Of a stretch of 64,000 bases of DNA, positions 19,301 through 30,209 are shown piece after piece; position 1 is the stretch's first letter; every line of letters begins with the position of its first letter. Source of the DNA: a virus (Duplodnaviria; Caudoviricetes). The stretch lies in IMG/VR virus record IMGVR_UViG_3300021254_000029, positions 1 to 64,000 of that record; one strand, 5' to 3'. The notes below the pieces were generated by a model. That model did no database searches. It was given only the letters and a program-made list of their open reading frames with translations, and had not been told where the DNA came from. The position numbers and the translations under genes are program-made.

Positions 19301-22300
19301 CTACATGTCGATGAGATATTCAGGGGCGAAGTCGTCGGCGTTAAGATTTATTGCGCCTGAGTCTACATCCCAGTAGATAACTTCGGGGGAACTCAGATTA
19401 TATGCGACAATGGCGGCGTCAGCACATCTGCGACAAGTAAAGCGTAACATCCGCCCCGATGTAAGGGCATAGCGTTCTGTCACCTGGTACTGTTTTCCCA
19501 TCGTCATGTCCACATTATTATTCACCGATAGGTACTTATTATATACACCAATGAGATATACCGTGACGCCCGTCAGGTTGTAAATTTCGATGGTTCGTCC
19601 AAGCATGGCGCGTGCGCGCATCTTTGCACGGCGGAGGCTCGCCATCTCTTCTGCCGAGAGTTGGTTGAACTCATCTTCGGTCCGAGCTCCGGTGTAGAAA
19701 TAGTCGAAGCTCGTTGCAACTTCGCCAAAGGCCGCGATGAACGGAAGGTGTATGATGGCGTTGTCAGGGTCCCAGCATTTGACGACAATAATCTGCCCGA
19801 GATTGTCGAGGTCGAGGATTGGTGTTGGGGTTATGATATTTCGCGATGGCTTGTCGTTATATTCGTTGAACTCCATCCACGCCTTCTTGGTTGTTGTGAA
19901 TTTGTCAAAATCAGCAGCCGTTGTTATAAATGAGAAATTATTTCGTTGGTAGGCATTCGTAATCAGTCCTGCACCATTGGCATCCCAGCGAATGTTGCCG
20001 CCTGCCAGGAGCCCACTGCCATCGGGGTTGAACTGTACGCGATCTCCACAGAAGTGAGCATAGCCGTTGCTCCAGTCAATAGCCACCTTGGGGATGAAGT
20101 TGGCAAAGAGACCGGCCCATTCAAAGTCCGTGACGCCGGAAACAGACAGCATGGTCACTGTGCCAGTGTAGGAACCTGTATATGACGAGCTCTTTTTAAC
20201 GACCGCCATTTGGACAGCCACTCCACGGTCTGCTTTTGGGCGGAATGTTATGCTCTTTGTTGTTTCGGAGGTTGTCGTAATCTCTATTACGCTACCCAGT
20301 TGTTCATTATAACTTCCAGGATCAACGACTCTGAGCACAAGCTTAGCTTGCGTGCTGGAAACGTGTCCTGTAATATTAATCTTATATTCAGCGTCTTTGA
20401 ATCCTACACAAGAGAAAAGATTAGAATATTGCGGTGTAGTAGATGAACCTTCCACGGTTTTAGGGAATCCGCTTGAAGGAGAATAGGGCACATCGGAGTC
20501 GTATTCGAGTTTAATCTCATGAACCCCAGAATGTTGTGCAGTAAATACCACACTTTCCTCGACGAACTCCCATTTGTCGGCGTCATTTGGTGTTGTAACC
20601 TTGGCTCCCTGAACAACCGTCGAATCATAGTAGACGGCAAGAGAGGCAGACCGTGCGTATCTGCGGCTCGATGTTGCCAACGTGTATTGCATTCCCTTAG
20701 TCAACTGGACAGATCCGAGCAATACACTTCCATCCCCAGTCTTAATACTTTTATGACCGTAGAGTTTGTTTGAATGTTCGAGGTTGTAGAAATTACGGTC
20801 GAAGTCCTTATATGCGGTAGTATCGAACTGGCCGAGTCCTGTAAGACCATACTGCGAGAACATCCAGTCCTTGTTGAAGATAGCCGACCCCAGCTTCGCA
20901 AAATCGGAGAATATTGCCTGTGAGATGAGGTATTTGAACTGCGTCGTCATGAGCTCCCAGTTGGGATTGCTGGCAGAGGGAGTACCAGCGGACGTGCGGC
21001 TGTAGGATCCTTCTTTTGCCACGAGCATGTAGTACGTCGTTGTGCCGTCGGATGTTACGGACACGTAAGGCGCTACGTGCTTAGTCACGTCGAAGGAGGC
21101 ATCTGATGCGATGAAGTTCTCGTTGGATGTGTCGGTCCACTCACCGAGGTAGTAATAGCCCTTGCCCGTTTCGCCTTTTTGTCCTTCTCCGTCCTTTCCA
21201 TCTTTAAGGATTGGAATTTCCAGCTCGGCAAGGAACTTGGTTGATGGGGACATTGTAGCTGTATCATAGATGCGAACAACAATGGCGTCCGCCCTTACAG
21301 CAGAGGAATTGTTCGTAGACAGTCCCGTTATTGATGCCGTTCCCGTAGTACGTTTCGTGGAATACGATGGGTAATAAGTTGTGTTGCTAATGCGTGTATA
21401 AGATGTTCCACGTCTCCAAAACGCCGTCGTGTAGCAAGGATAAAGCTGTTTGGTCTCGCCTCCTACAGCTTTCCAGAACGACAGTGATGCGGAGAAAGAT
21501 GTCGCTGTAAGGTTGGCTGGTATGACCACCGACTGCACGTTGGACGTTATTGAAAATGTCTCTCCGTTCTTCCCATTATCACCATCTTTGAGAATTGGGA
21601 TTTCCAGTTCCGCAAGGGGGATGGAATTTTCCACAGGTGGAGTGGAATATATGCGTATTATAAATGCCGTTGCCCGCACGTCCACACAGCCTGTAGTACT
21701 CATTGTGGTTGACAGTTCCCTTATTTCCGCCCGGTCAACGAGGTCCGTAGGTGCTGTAAATACCGAAGTGTCCGTTATCTGAACATCCTCGCCATTGCCG
21801 CGCCACCATGCTGCGACATAGCAATAATGATGTGTTGGGGTACTGTTGCCCACTTTCTTGAAGAAATCCAGAGTTGCCGAGAAATGCGCCTCTGTGCTGC
21901 CAGCGGGAATTGTCACACTCCTTCGCGAAGACTGAATGAAATACATCACAGCCGACTCTCCATCAAGTCCGTCGCGCAGGACAGGAATTTTCTCCCGGTC
22001 AACGATATTTTCATCACCTATCGCTTTCACCGTCATAGCGGGAGACAAGACAAATTCGACAGCGGCCAACAATTCCCCGCTGATTTTACTATCTTTAGCA
22101 ACCGTAATTATTCCGTCAGGCGTTGAGCCAGAACTTGCCGCACTTCGAGCCCATAGCCACGATCCTACGGCCGTTTGTCCCATTAGTCGATAGAAAATGT
22201 TGTAGGGTGCAGAGTATGTCTGTCCCGCTGGATTCCCATCCGATTCCGAGGTTGCCAAATTGCCCATGATGTTTCCAGGGAAATTCGTCACGCCGTCGGC

Positions 22301-24316
22301 ATTTATACGAGTGTAGCCACAGAACACCGTCAGAGCGTCAGGCGTCAGCTTGCCATTTACGTTGGTGAATGACAGCACATCAGCAGACGGATACAACTGG
22401 AAAATCTCCGGTGTCGTTCCTTCGCTCAGGACATTCAGTTTGAATATCGCGTTGTATTCCTTTCCGTTGTAAGCAGCCACGATTCGTGCAGTGTAGGAAG
22501 CGTCTGGGCATCCGACATTTGCCGGAATATTCCAGACCAACGTCCGCACTCCTCCCGCCGTTGTAGCCGTCGCTGTGATGCGATTCCCCTGCGCATCGAC
22601 AAGATATGTGCCGTTACTATTCTTGAGGCCATAGTCGCCGCTGAAATTCACCCCCGTCTGAATCAGCTGTCCTCCCAGATACAATCGTGCATGAGTAGTA
22701 ATTACCCGTGCGAATGCCGTCTTTCCATTCGCTCCACGAGCGATGGCGTCAAGCTGGTTGTCGAGATCCAGCGAGACCGTCTGAAAAGCATATCTCGAAA
22801 AGAGCGCAGGTGTGGAGAACGCGCCCCATTGCCCTCCCGTTTTCGACCGTTTCGACACCCATGTATATGGCGCAGCCGCTGTGTGTGTCAACGGCGTTGA
22901 TAACCATCCATCCGGCACCCATGCGTCAATAGTATTCTTGTACGCTGTTGCTGTTCCATTGACGGACCCAGATGTGATTTCAGCCGGCGGCGTGCCGTTG
23001 AAAACCGGTTCGTCGTCTGAGCCGGCAGCCGTCGCCGTGCGGCAGAAGATATTCTCGAATCCCTTGCCTTCGCTGCCATCACTGATGCGCGGTAGCGTGA
23101 CGACATCCGCCTGCAGTCCTGAGATAAACAGCGTCAGTGTCACCCCCTCAGCTGACGTCCAAAGCGAAGTAGCCCTTCGGTAAGTACCCGTATCCGAGTA
23201 TTCAGGTACGTCTTCGTTCCCCATCTTCACTACGGCACCTATTCTCAGAATATCATCATGCGTGAGATACGTCTCTGACCCGTCCATGTCTTTAGCGAGA
23301 ATCTGGTACGATACATAAGACACCGGTGTGAATGACTTTGTAGATGGATGATAAATTACAGAGGATACCGATGGCACGAGCTTGTATTCGATAGCGGTCT
23401 CACCCATGACTGTAATTGCAGCAGACGCCAGCAGTGTATTCTCTTCATCGTAAGCCAGCACAGTAAACACAGCCGCATAGGCGGCAATATCGTCATTTGA
23501 AGACAAATGAGACAAGGTTAACTTGTTACCGATGTTTACATGTGCTGTATTCCATTCTTCATCTTTTGAGTCGTTGCCTGTATCCCTCGTAACATTGTAT
23601 GTTACAGGGATGTCATGCGCTGTCCATCCTTTGAATATTGTGAAGGATATAGTAATATGCTCGTCCCATCGTAAAAAAGGTACATCTGTTTCTTGCGAAT
23701 TAGTTATTAGGAGGCGTATTGGGAGGTCGGTGGGGTTTAAAGCCCACTCTGTATTCCACTGCTCAGTGCCGAGTATTCCCGTGTCGATGGTTACACTGCG
23801 TTGACCGTTTCGAGGTTCCGACACATCTCCCAGTTTTATCCACCAGTAGTTTGCCCGTCCCTCCCCAGCCTGTCTTGCTGGAATCGGAGACCAAGAGTAT
23901 TGCTGTCCGTCATACCCGGTTGCGTGTATGCCACCGCTGCTACTGGTATTAGGAGATAGTATATATGGGTCTTCCCACTTCTTTGTCTCTTCATCCTGCA
24001 CTTTTTTTGCAAAAACAAGGTAGGCGTCAGCATGTGCGTCGCTCACCTCGGAAGCATCAGACCAATTAGTCACTTTCTTCAACCGGGCATAGATGGTATA
24101 TGGCGCATTAGCATCTGCCAGACGTCGGTTGCGACCCTTCAGGTTCCATTCTTGGAATGCGGTATCGACCATCCCCAGATCGGCAATTCGCGGGTCATAC
24201 ACTTTAATTCGCGTATTAATTGCGATAAACACAGACAAGTCACTGGCCTTGCCGTTGGCGTTAGGGGTGATAGCGATGTCGGATGGCGCTACATAATAGA
24301 CTGGTGATGTACGCAT
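19301..24316 (-). CDS. large tail protein with duplicated Ig-like modules
   Basis: 1671 aa; repeated SV.IPA...LAELEIPILKDG modules; DG..G linkers; late motif at 24353-24362. Confidence 0.75.
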   Translation of the reverse strand: MRTSPVYYVAPSDIAITPNANGKASDLSVFIAINTRIKVYDPRIADLGMVDTAFQEWNLKGRNRRLADANAPYTIYARLKKVTNWSDASEVSDAHADAYLVFAKKVQDEETKKWEDPYILSPNTSSSGGIHATGYDGQQYSWSPIPARQAGEGRANYWWIKLGDVSEPRNGQRSVTIDTGILGTEQWNTEWALNPTDLPIRLLITNSQETDVPFLRWDEHITISFTIFKGWTAHDIPVTYNVTRDTGNDSKDEEWNTAHVNIGNKLTLSHLSSNDDIAAYAAVFTVLAYDEENTLLASAAITVMGETAIEYKLVPSVSSVIYHPSTKSFTPVSYVSYQILAKDMDGSETYLTHDDILRIGAVVKMGNEDVPEYSDTGTYRRATSLWTSAEGVTLTLFISGLQADVVTLPRISDGSEGKGFENIFCRTATAAGSDDEPVFNGTPPAEITSGSVNGTATAYKNTIDAWVPDGWLSTPLTHTAAAPYTWVSKRSKTGGQWGAFSTPALFSRYAFQTVSLDLDNQLDAIARGANGKTAFARVITTHARLYLGGQLIQTGVNFSGDYGLKNSNGTYLVDAQGNRITATATTAGGVRTLVWNIPANVGCPDASYTARIVAAYNGKEYNAIFKLNVLSEGTTPEIFQLYPSADVLSFTNVNGKLTPDALTVFCGYTRINADGVTNFPGNIMGNLATSESDGNPAGQTYSAPYNIFYRLMGQTAVGSWLWARSAASSGSTPDGIITVAKDSKISGELLAAVEFVLSPAMTVKAIGDENIVDREKIPVLRDGLDGESAVMYFIQSSRRSVTIPAGSTEAHFSATLDFFKKVGNSTPTHHYCYVAAWWRGNGEDVQITDTSVFTAPTDLVDRAEIRELSTTMSTTGCVDVRATAFIIRIYSTPPVENSIPLAELEIPILKDGDNGKNGETFSITSNVQSVVIPANLTATSFSASLSFWKAVGGETKQLYPCYTTAFWRRGTSYTRISNTTYYPSYSTKRTTGTASITGLSTNNSSAVRADAIVVRIYDTATMSPSTKFLAELEIPILKDGKDGEGQKGETGKGYYYLGEWTDTSNENFIASDASFDVTKHVAPYVSVTSDGTTTYYMLVAKEGSYSRTSAGTPSASNPNWELMTTQFKYLISQAIFSDFAKLGSAIFNKDWMFSQYGLTGLGQFDTTAYKDFDRNFYNLEHSNKLYGHKSIKTGDGSVLLGSVQLTKGMQYTLATSSRRYARSASLAVYYDSTVVQGAKVTTPNDADKWEFVEESVVFTAQHSGVHEIKLEYDSDVPYSPSSGFPKTVEGSSTTPQYSNLFSCVGFKDAEYKINITGHVSSTQAKLVLRVVDPGSYNEQLGSVIEITTTSETTKSITFRPKADRGVAVQMAVVKKSSSYTGSYTGTVTMLSVSGVTDFEWAGLFANFIPKVAIDWSNGYAHFCGDRVQFNPDGSGLLAGGNIRWDANGAGLITNAYQRNNFSFITTAADFDKFTTTKKAWMEFNEYNDKPSRNIITPTPILDLDNLGQIIVVKCWDPDNAIIHLPFIAAFGEVATSFDYFYTGARTEDEFNQLSAEEMASLRRAKMRARAMLGRTIEIYNLTGVTVYLIGVYNKYLSVNNNVDMTMGKQYQVTERYALTSGRMLRFTCRRCADAAIVAYNLSSPEVIYWDVDSGAINLNADDFAPEYLIDM

Positions 24317-24593
24317 TTTTTTAACGCAAAAATAGGATTAACAGCAGGCCGAGTCAAGGGCAAGGAGAGAGGGTTGCGACAGAGTCGCAACATACGGGAC
24401 AAGGAGACTGACGGGGGCGAAAAACTGGAGAAGGAGATAGAGAAAAAAGAAATTTGATGATGGGACAGGGGAGGGTTGCGACAGAGTCGCAACATACGGG
24501 ACAAAAGAGGGAGGGGCAAGGAAGGGAGGAGGATGGAGCTGCCCTTGATTCTGCGGGGCACATTATTATATTACGGTGTAATTTAATATATTC

Positions 24594-27500
24594 ATGGAAC
24601 ATCTTGCACTCGAAATTTTCGACCTTACCGGCACAGGTTCAAAGTTTGCCATGCTGGACGACGACGCGAACATCCACGTCATTGAAACGTCCGAGCTCTT
24701 CGACTCTGGCAGCAAGCGGAGTCTTCCCTTCCACCTGAACATACCAGCCAATGCACACATATTCGGTTCAAGCGGCGATATACATGGCAGCCGTCTACAC
24801 GAATTGATAGACAAGCGAAAGGCTCGCCTGTGGGTGTGCGGGTTGCCTCTTTTCCTTGGGAGCCTCCGTTTGGAAGATGAGGTGGAGGTCGACGCAGATG
24901 GCTATATTGACATAAGTTTAGAAAGCGGGCAGAAGACGTTTATGGACATGATTGAAGGTGTCAAGGCCCGCGAAGTAAGCGTCGGCGATGTCGTAATAGG
25001 CGTAGCGCTCAACCGGAAGCGAGTCTCAGCCAGACACATCTCCAATGTAAAGTACCGCCTCAGTGGTCTTGAAGCCTACACAGTTGACAATGACTTTATT
25101 GAGATGGTCTATAAAAAAGAGTTTAGTATTGGCTCTGCCCTCAATAGTGGCAAGACACCACATGTACAACGTTGGCCGAAACTGGTGAAAAGCACCGGGA
25201 TAGTGTATGACGCCTCAGGTGCAGAAGAGACACTTGACTTCACCAATGTACAGACACCTTACGACGAGGGACACCCGTTCTGTAACATTAACATTTGCTA
25301 CCCGTTCAAGGCATGGGATAATGGCGAAGAAAAATCAGGCAGAAGTTACACCCTGCGACTGGCACACGGGAAAGACACGACAGACGGAGGCGATAACCAG
25401 ACGAGATTCAATAACGCACCCAATTTTTATCTTTTGCACTTTATTGATCGGCTTTTCAAAGATCTGAAAATCCACATAATAGAAAACCAGGCACTGGATG
25501 TGGAAGACTTACGACGCGTCTTTATGCTTAACTTTGGCTGTCATTATGAAGAGTTGGAAAACGAATACCAAGACGACGAAATTTTATCCCATCTCACCCC
25601 GAAAGACAAACTAAAGAGATATAAACAATATTACATTCCTATTATCAGCAAGGACGATAAATACAGCCTTGTTAAAGGATGGGAAAGCGCAGGCCAATAT
25701 ACTTTCGGTAATACAAAAGGCCTTGATTATCCCGGAAAAGTTTTGATGGCCAACGTAAACATTACCTTGGGAACCGGTGAGTCTATTCTCCAATTAGGCT
25801 CCATCGAGGGGACTGTAACGGAAGTAAGCAGTACCGTAAAAGACAGCCCCAAGACAGCGCTACAACTTGACAAGACAGATCTGGAATATCAACATCGGGC
25901 TTACTCGGCATATCTCGCTTATGCCACGGGAGACAACTACCCGAACGTGGAAATCAGCGAGATCATCAAAGCGATGGAGTCCGCATTTGGTGTCAGGTTT
26001 ATTTTTAGCCAAGACTACAAAGAAGTCAGGATAGTTCTCTTGAGAAACATCTTTCGCAGTCCTGAAGTGCGGAAAATAAATTGCGACATTATAGGGACAC
26101 CCACCAAGAAAGATAATTGCATCCGTGGCTTTCGTATGACCTACGGGAAGGGTATGGAAAACACAGATTATTACTACAAAGGGTTTAATGATCTTTTCCC
26201 GCGTGCGCAAAAGACTTGGAAAGACACCAGCGACACCCACGACTATTCCCAGTGGTGCCTTAACGCCGAATATGGGCGCATCAGACAAGACATATCGGCT
26301 TTCGACAAGACATGTTACGTTACGCCGGTCAACGGTAATGCTTACGGCGTGAAAGTGGATGAAGAAGAGGACGTACTTTTCCCATCATTGTTCGGGTTGG
26401 CAGATTACATAGACGCGGAAGACGGTGACTGCTCTGGCGACGATGAAACGATAAAGACCGTTCAAGTAAATTTCTCGCCTGTTGTCATGAACGAGATAAA
26501 CAACACCTATGCGGTTTTCTTTCCCGGAGAATTAAAAGCACCGGCTCCAGATATCACAGGTTCGGGGAGTGACGAGATAGAGCAAAGCTGGAAGAAGAAC
26601 CAGAAATGGCTTTCCACCTATGGCCGGGTGACTATGGACAGGTTACATAAAGAAGACTCTTTTACGCCCTTATCCTTATTGACGGATCAGGTAAACATAT
26701 CAGGCGACCTTGATGTTTTCATCTCCGAGGGATTTCGGATTCGTCTGCTTGACAACTATAGCATTAGTAATGGTGGCACACCATTCGACAATGAGGACCC
26801 CGGGCTGAGTTTCGGGATAATGAGAAGTTCTGGCCGCGATGCTTATATCAACTATCAGGAAGATACGTTAGGAGCAGAAGGCAATGACTGGTGGGAGGTA
26901 GTGCCTGGTGACGGTGCGATTGACCATCCAGATACCTGCGACGGCTATGGCAAGCTCTGGGATTACAACGCTTCAGAAGAAGTCAGTGTTAGCACAGCCC
27001 CAGATAAGCTTGCGGACATGTGGCCTACGGATGTGCGCAACGCTCCGTTCAATACCGATGCACTTGGATACATTAATGGCGCGGGGATATTTTATCTGAC
27101 CGACAGCGACGGTAAACGTCACAAAGCTCTCCTTGTCACCAGCTACAGCACGGGCGGTCCCACGATGTACCCGTCGGAGCTTGTCAGCTACCCTGAATAC
27201 CTTAGCGGTGGTGCAGTAGACGAGATATTGGCACGAGACCGTGTCGGGATGGGACAGGTTCGCAATCTCATCGTTGAGATTGACAGTAGCCAGGAGCGAT
27301 GTGACACCCTGTTGAAACTTTGCCGATGGGCATGGGGGAACCACCGTTTTGAGAAGATGTATCTTGACAATGGTGTTGGCAGTACTTTTGGTCGGTTTTC
27401 GCTCAAGCTTCGCGCCGAAAAACCGAATCCTTATTATAATAGCTCAGCTCGAGAAGAAAGTGAGACTAATCAGCGCTATATGCCGATTACAACCCCCGAC

Positions 27501-27731
27501 CTTCGTGGGCGTGGTCTTGCTGACCAGTTTTACAAAGAGTATTCCAAGTTTATCCGGGAATCTCGCACAACGGTAATTCCTGTAAAGATTGAACTGGCAC
27601 AGTTGCTTTCTATTGACAAGACCATCCGTGCGACCATTGGAGATGTCACAGGGTTCATCAAGAAGTTAGAGTACGACGTCAACAATAAAACGGGCCTCTC
27701 GGGCGTGACAGTTGAAATGATGTATATTTAA
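24594..27731 (+). CDS. putative tail/baseplate structural protein
   Basis: 1045 aa; late motif at 24540-24549. Confidence 0.6.
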   Translation: MEHLALEIFDLTGTGSKFAMLDDDANIHVIETSELFDSGSKRSLPFHLNIPANAHIFGSSGDIHGSRLHELIDKRKARLWVCGLPLFLGSLRLEDEVEVDADGYIDISLESGQKTFMDMIEGVKAREVSVGDVVIGVALNRKRVSARHISNVKYRLSGLEAYTVDNDFIEMVYKKEFSIGSALNSGKTPHVQRWPKLVKSTGIVYDASGAEETLDFTNVQTPYDEGHPFCNINICYPFKAWDNGEEKSGRSYTLRLAHGKDTTDGGDNQTRFNNAPNFYLLHFIDRLFKDLKIHIIENQALDVEDLRRVFMLNFGCHYEELENEYQDDEILSHLTPKDKLKRYKQYYIPIISKDDKYSLVKGWESAGQYTFGNTKGLDYPGKVLMANVNITLGTGESILQLGSIEGTVTEVSSTVKDSPKTALQLDKTDLEYQHRAYSAYLAYATGDNYPNVEISEIIKAMESAFGVRFIFSQDYKEVRIVLLRNIFRSPEVRKINCDIIGTPTKKDNCIRGFRMTYGKGMENTDYYYKGFNDLFPRAQKTWKDTSDTHDYSQWCLNAEYGRIRQDISAFDKTCYVTPVNGNAYGVKVDEEEDVLFPSLFGLADYIDAEDGDCSGDDETIKTVQVNFSPVVMNEINNTYAVFFPGELKAPAPDITGSGSDEIEQSWKKNQKWLSTYGRVTMDRLHKEDSFTPLSLLTDQVNISGDLDVFISEGFRIRLLDNYSISNGGTPFDNEDPGLSFGIMRSSGRDAYINYQEDTLGAEGNDWWEVVPGDGAIDHPDTCDGYGKLWDYNASEEVSVSTAPDKLADMWPTDVRNAPFNTDALGYINGAGIFYLTDSDGKRHKALLVTSYSTGGPTMYPSELVSYPEYLSGGAVDEILARDRVGMGQVRNLIVEIDSSQERCDTLLKLCRWAWGNHRFEKMYLDNGVGSTFGRFSLKLRAEKPNPYYNSSAREESETNQRYMPITTPDLRGRGLADQFYKEYSKFIRESRTTVIPVKIELAQLLSIDKTIRATIGDVTGFIKKLEYDVNNKTGLSGVTVEMMYI

Positions 27732-27804
27732 TTTCTCACACTTCCTTGCACCTGCGGCAGTATTATAATATTTTAAAATTTTAAACCAACTCACAGTATT
27801 TCAC

Positions 27805-28890
27805 ATGGTAACAATATCAGGCATGTTTGGCGACGGGAATACATATTTTGCCAACTCCCCCGTAGTTATTGATATTGATGGATTGAAATGGCCAGGCGAC
27901 AGTCCCTTCAACATCGTCAGAGTCGATGTTTTTTCTGGAAGCAACGTCGTTGGTTCTTTTCGTGCCGACACGGGCGGGCAGCCGCGCATCAGTTTTGACA
28001 TATCTTCGGCACTCAGGGCAATATGGTGTGACTATGATTTCCGAGACGAGATAGCCGATGCCAACATCGCTGCTGCCGGCACCCCAGCAACGGAACCATG
28101 GATACGCTCCTTCTTGCGCTACTCATTGCGTATCTATACGGAATATCTTGCGAGCGACGACGGCGGCGTTTTTACCACCACGGGATTCGGGCCATTCACA
28201 GGCGGCCAGTGTGCCATGGGCGGCATGACGGAGTGGGAACGGCGGCAAGCTATAAAGGATCTGGGCGACAAGGCTAATGCTGATGTGTCGTACCACGAGC
28301 ATGACAATCATCGAAACGGCGATGCGAGCACCAAACCGACCAGCTCGCCCGAGCGGGTGGGCAAACATAGTATAACCTCTTGGGTGGACGTAAGCGGGGC
28401 TGGAACACAGAGCATCTTCTACCCTGCAAGTGCCCTCTGCGCAGAAGATAGTACTGCTGCCCATGCGCCTTTGGTCCTACGAGACAGCCAGCCTTATGTG
28501 GATTTTCTCTTCGTTAACCGTCGCGGGGCTGTCGAGACGTGTAGCGCAGTGATGAAAGAGAGCATGGAGATAGAGGTAGATGTGCAACAGTACAGCCGCG
28601 TGGAACGCCCGTCTTTTGCACCAGACCGTAGTCTGATGGCTATCGGTGGCGGAGGAAGGAGAAGCTGGAGTATGTCAAGCGGCCCGCAAACACGCGAGTG
28701 GGCAGAGTGGTGGATTATGGAGTTCTTATCCTCCCGGCGGTGGTGGATGCGTTTCCCCATCGGGGACGCGTCAGGGATGTATTACCCCGTAGTAGTGACA
28801 CCGCAAAAGAAAAGCTTTCAAACTTACGACCGCTCAAAGCAACAAATGCCGCACGTTGATTTTACCGTCACATTAGCGCTTGAGGGCTGA
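27805..28890 (+). CDS. putative tail structural protein
   Basis: 361 aa; FLFVNRRGAVET motif; co-oriented with 1045-aa gene. Confidence 0.55.
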   Translation: MVTISGMFGDGNTYFANSPVVIDIDGLKWPGDSPFNIVRVDVFSGSNVVGSFRADTGGQPRISFDISSALRAIWCDYDFRDEIADANIAAAGTPATEPWIRSFLRYSLRIYTEYLASDDGGVFTTTGFGPFTGGQCAMGGMTEWERRQAIKDLGDKANADVSYHEHDNHRNGDASTKPTSSPERVGKHSITSWVDVSGAGTQSIFYPASALCAEDSTAAHAPLVLRDSQPYVDFLFVNRRGAVETCSAVMKESMEIEVDVQQYSRVERPSFAPDRSLMAIGGGGRRSWSMSSGPQTREWAEWWIMEFLSSRRWWMRFPIGDASGMYYPVVVTPQKKSFQTYDRSKQQMPHVDFTVTLALEG

Positions 28891-28941
28891 ACTGCCCTTG
28901 ACGCCATCGTAACGTTCCCTTAAATTAGCAGAAAAAGAACA

Positions 28942-29211
28942 ATGCAAGCTAACACCAAAGAATGGATTCAGTATGGCACAGCCGTAGCCATGATAGCCAG
29001 TGGCATCGTCCTGGCCTTCCTCTCGTTCTTCCTCAACAACTACGACATCGCTGAAGGCGTGCTCTGGTACATCAGCCAGGCGCTCATCTATGCAGGTGGA
29101 GTGTTCGGAGTGAGCATCTACTTCAAGACGCGATTAGGCGAGTTTGAACACCGGGCCAAACAGGAAATTGCAGAGTACATACGCAGTACCTCAAGCACCG
29201 AAACAGAGTAA
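28942..29211 (+). CDS. holin-like two-TM membrane protein
   Basis: Two hydrophobic helices, charged C-tail; late motif at 28893-28902. Confidence 0.6.
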   Translation: MQANTKEWIQYGTAVAMIASGIVLAFLSFFLNNYDIAEGVLWYISQALIYAGGVFGVSIYFKTRLGEFEHRAKQEIAEYIRSTSSTETE

Positions 29212-29305
29212 CAACCCAAACACAAAATAACAACACGTTTCATAAGTAGGTAGTTTAAGGTTTATAGGTTTATAGACAAGTTTCTTGTACATGATGTTAG
29301 AAGAT

Positions 29306-29341
29306 ACATTGCCGCTGCACTGTGAAGTACGGCGGCAATGT
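29306..29341 (+). terminator. GUGA-loop hairpin / bidirectional terminator
   Basis: ACATTGCCGCTGC-ACT-GTGA-AGT-ACGGCGGCAATGT between convergent genes. Confidence 0.55.
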
Positions 29342-29363
29342 TATTCCTTATGCGCTTATTAAC

Positions 29364-30209
29364 TCAGACCCCCATTTTCTTACGCCATGCTTGGAAGGCC
29401 GCTTCGCGACGACTGGGTTCCTCCATGCGGCTTAGGTTCTCATCGTAGATAGCCTTTGCGCGGATGGCGTCTGGGTTGCCTTTTGCTGCTTCGGTTTCGA
29501 GCCAACGGACATATTCATTAAAGGTCATGGGCTGCGATAAAATCGCAGCGGAAGAAACGAGGCGGGTGTCATTGGAGGATGGGCGGGTGTCATTGGATGA
29601 GGAACGGGTGTCATTGGATGAGGGGAGGGCGTCATGTTGGGGGGCGGAGCGCCGAGCTTGCTGCTCACAGAGGATATCGCGCTCGTAGTCGTACTCGTAG
29701 AGCCAGGAGAGGAGGGTGTTGGGGTCAAGCCGGTCATAGACCTGTGCCGTGCGGCGGCGGATGGCAAAGGCCGTTGCGATTTCTTCGAGCGTCATGTAGC
29801 CGAAACGGTCAATGATATCATCTACGGTCATGGCTACCTGTGCGGCATTCATCGTCTTACTTACGTTGAAATACTGGACCTGCTGCGAAACGACAATGGT
29901 GAGTAGCGTCGTGGAAAGCGAAACGCCAGGACGCCCCGGCGCACAGATGGCGGCAAGATCCGCCACGCTGGCGCTGGACTCGTCGAAAGCCTCCTGTGCC
30001 GTGCGGCGGCGCAAGGCTCGAAAAATGCCGACTTGAAGAGTGTCAATCTGCTCGCCTACCTGACGTGCGGCAAGTGTATTATTCGTCCTCACAGCCTCCG
30101 ACAAGGCCTGCGAGAGCGGCTGCGCCTGCCGTAGCAATGCGAGATAGCTCTCGCACTTCTGCCTTGTTGGTTTCGGCCATGAAAGTGGCGGAGTGGGGGA
30201 GAGTTGCAT
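29364..30209 (-). CDS. replication-associated hypothetical protein
   Basis: FGYMTLEEI...VYDRLDP..LL.WL..Y helical domain; start uncertain, overlaps upstream gene. Confidence 0.5.
   Translation of the reverse strand: MQLSPTPPLSWPKPTRQKCESYLALLRQAQPLSQALSEAVRTNNTLAARQVGEQIDTLQVGIFRALRRRTAQEAFDESSASVADLAAICAPGRPGVSLSTTLLTIVVSQQVQYFNVSKTMNAAQVAMTVDDIIDRFGYMTLEEIATAFAIRRRTAQVYDRLDPNTLLSWLYEYDYERDILCEQQARRSAPQHDALPSSNDTRSSSNDTRPSSNDTRLVSSAAILSQPMTFNEYVRWLETEAAKGNPDAIRAKAIYDENLSRMEEPSRREAAFQAWRKKMGV
29563..29625. repeat. 21-nt tandem repeat x3 (in-frame SSNDTR units)
   Basis: CGGGTGTCATTGGA at 29563, 29584, 29605. Confidence 0.85.
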
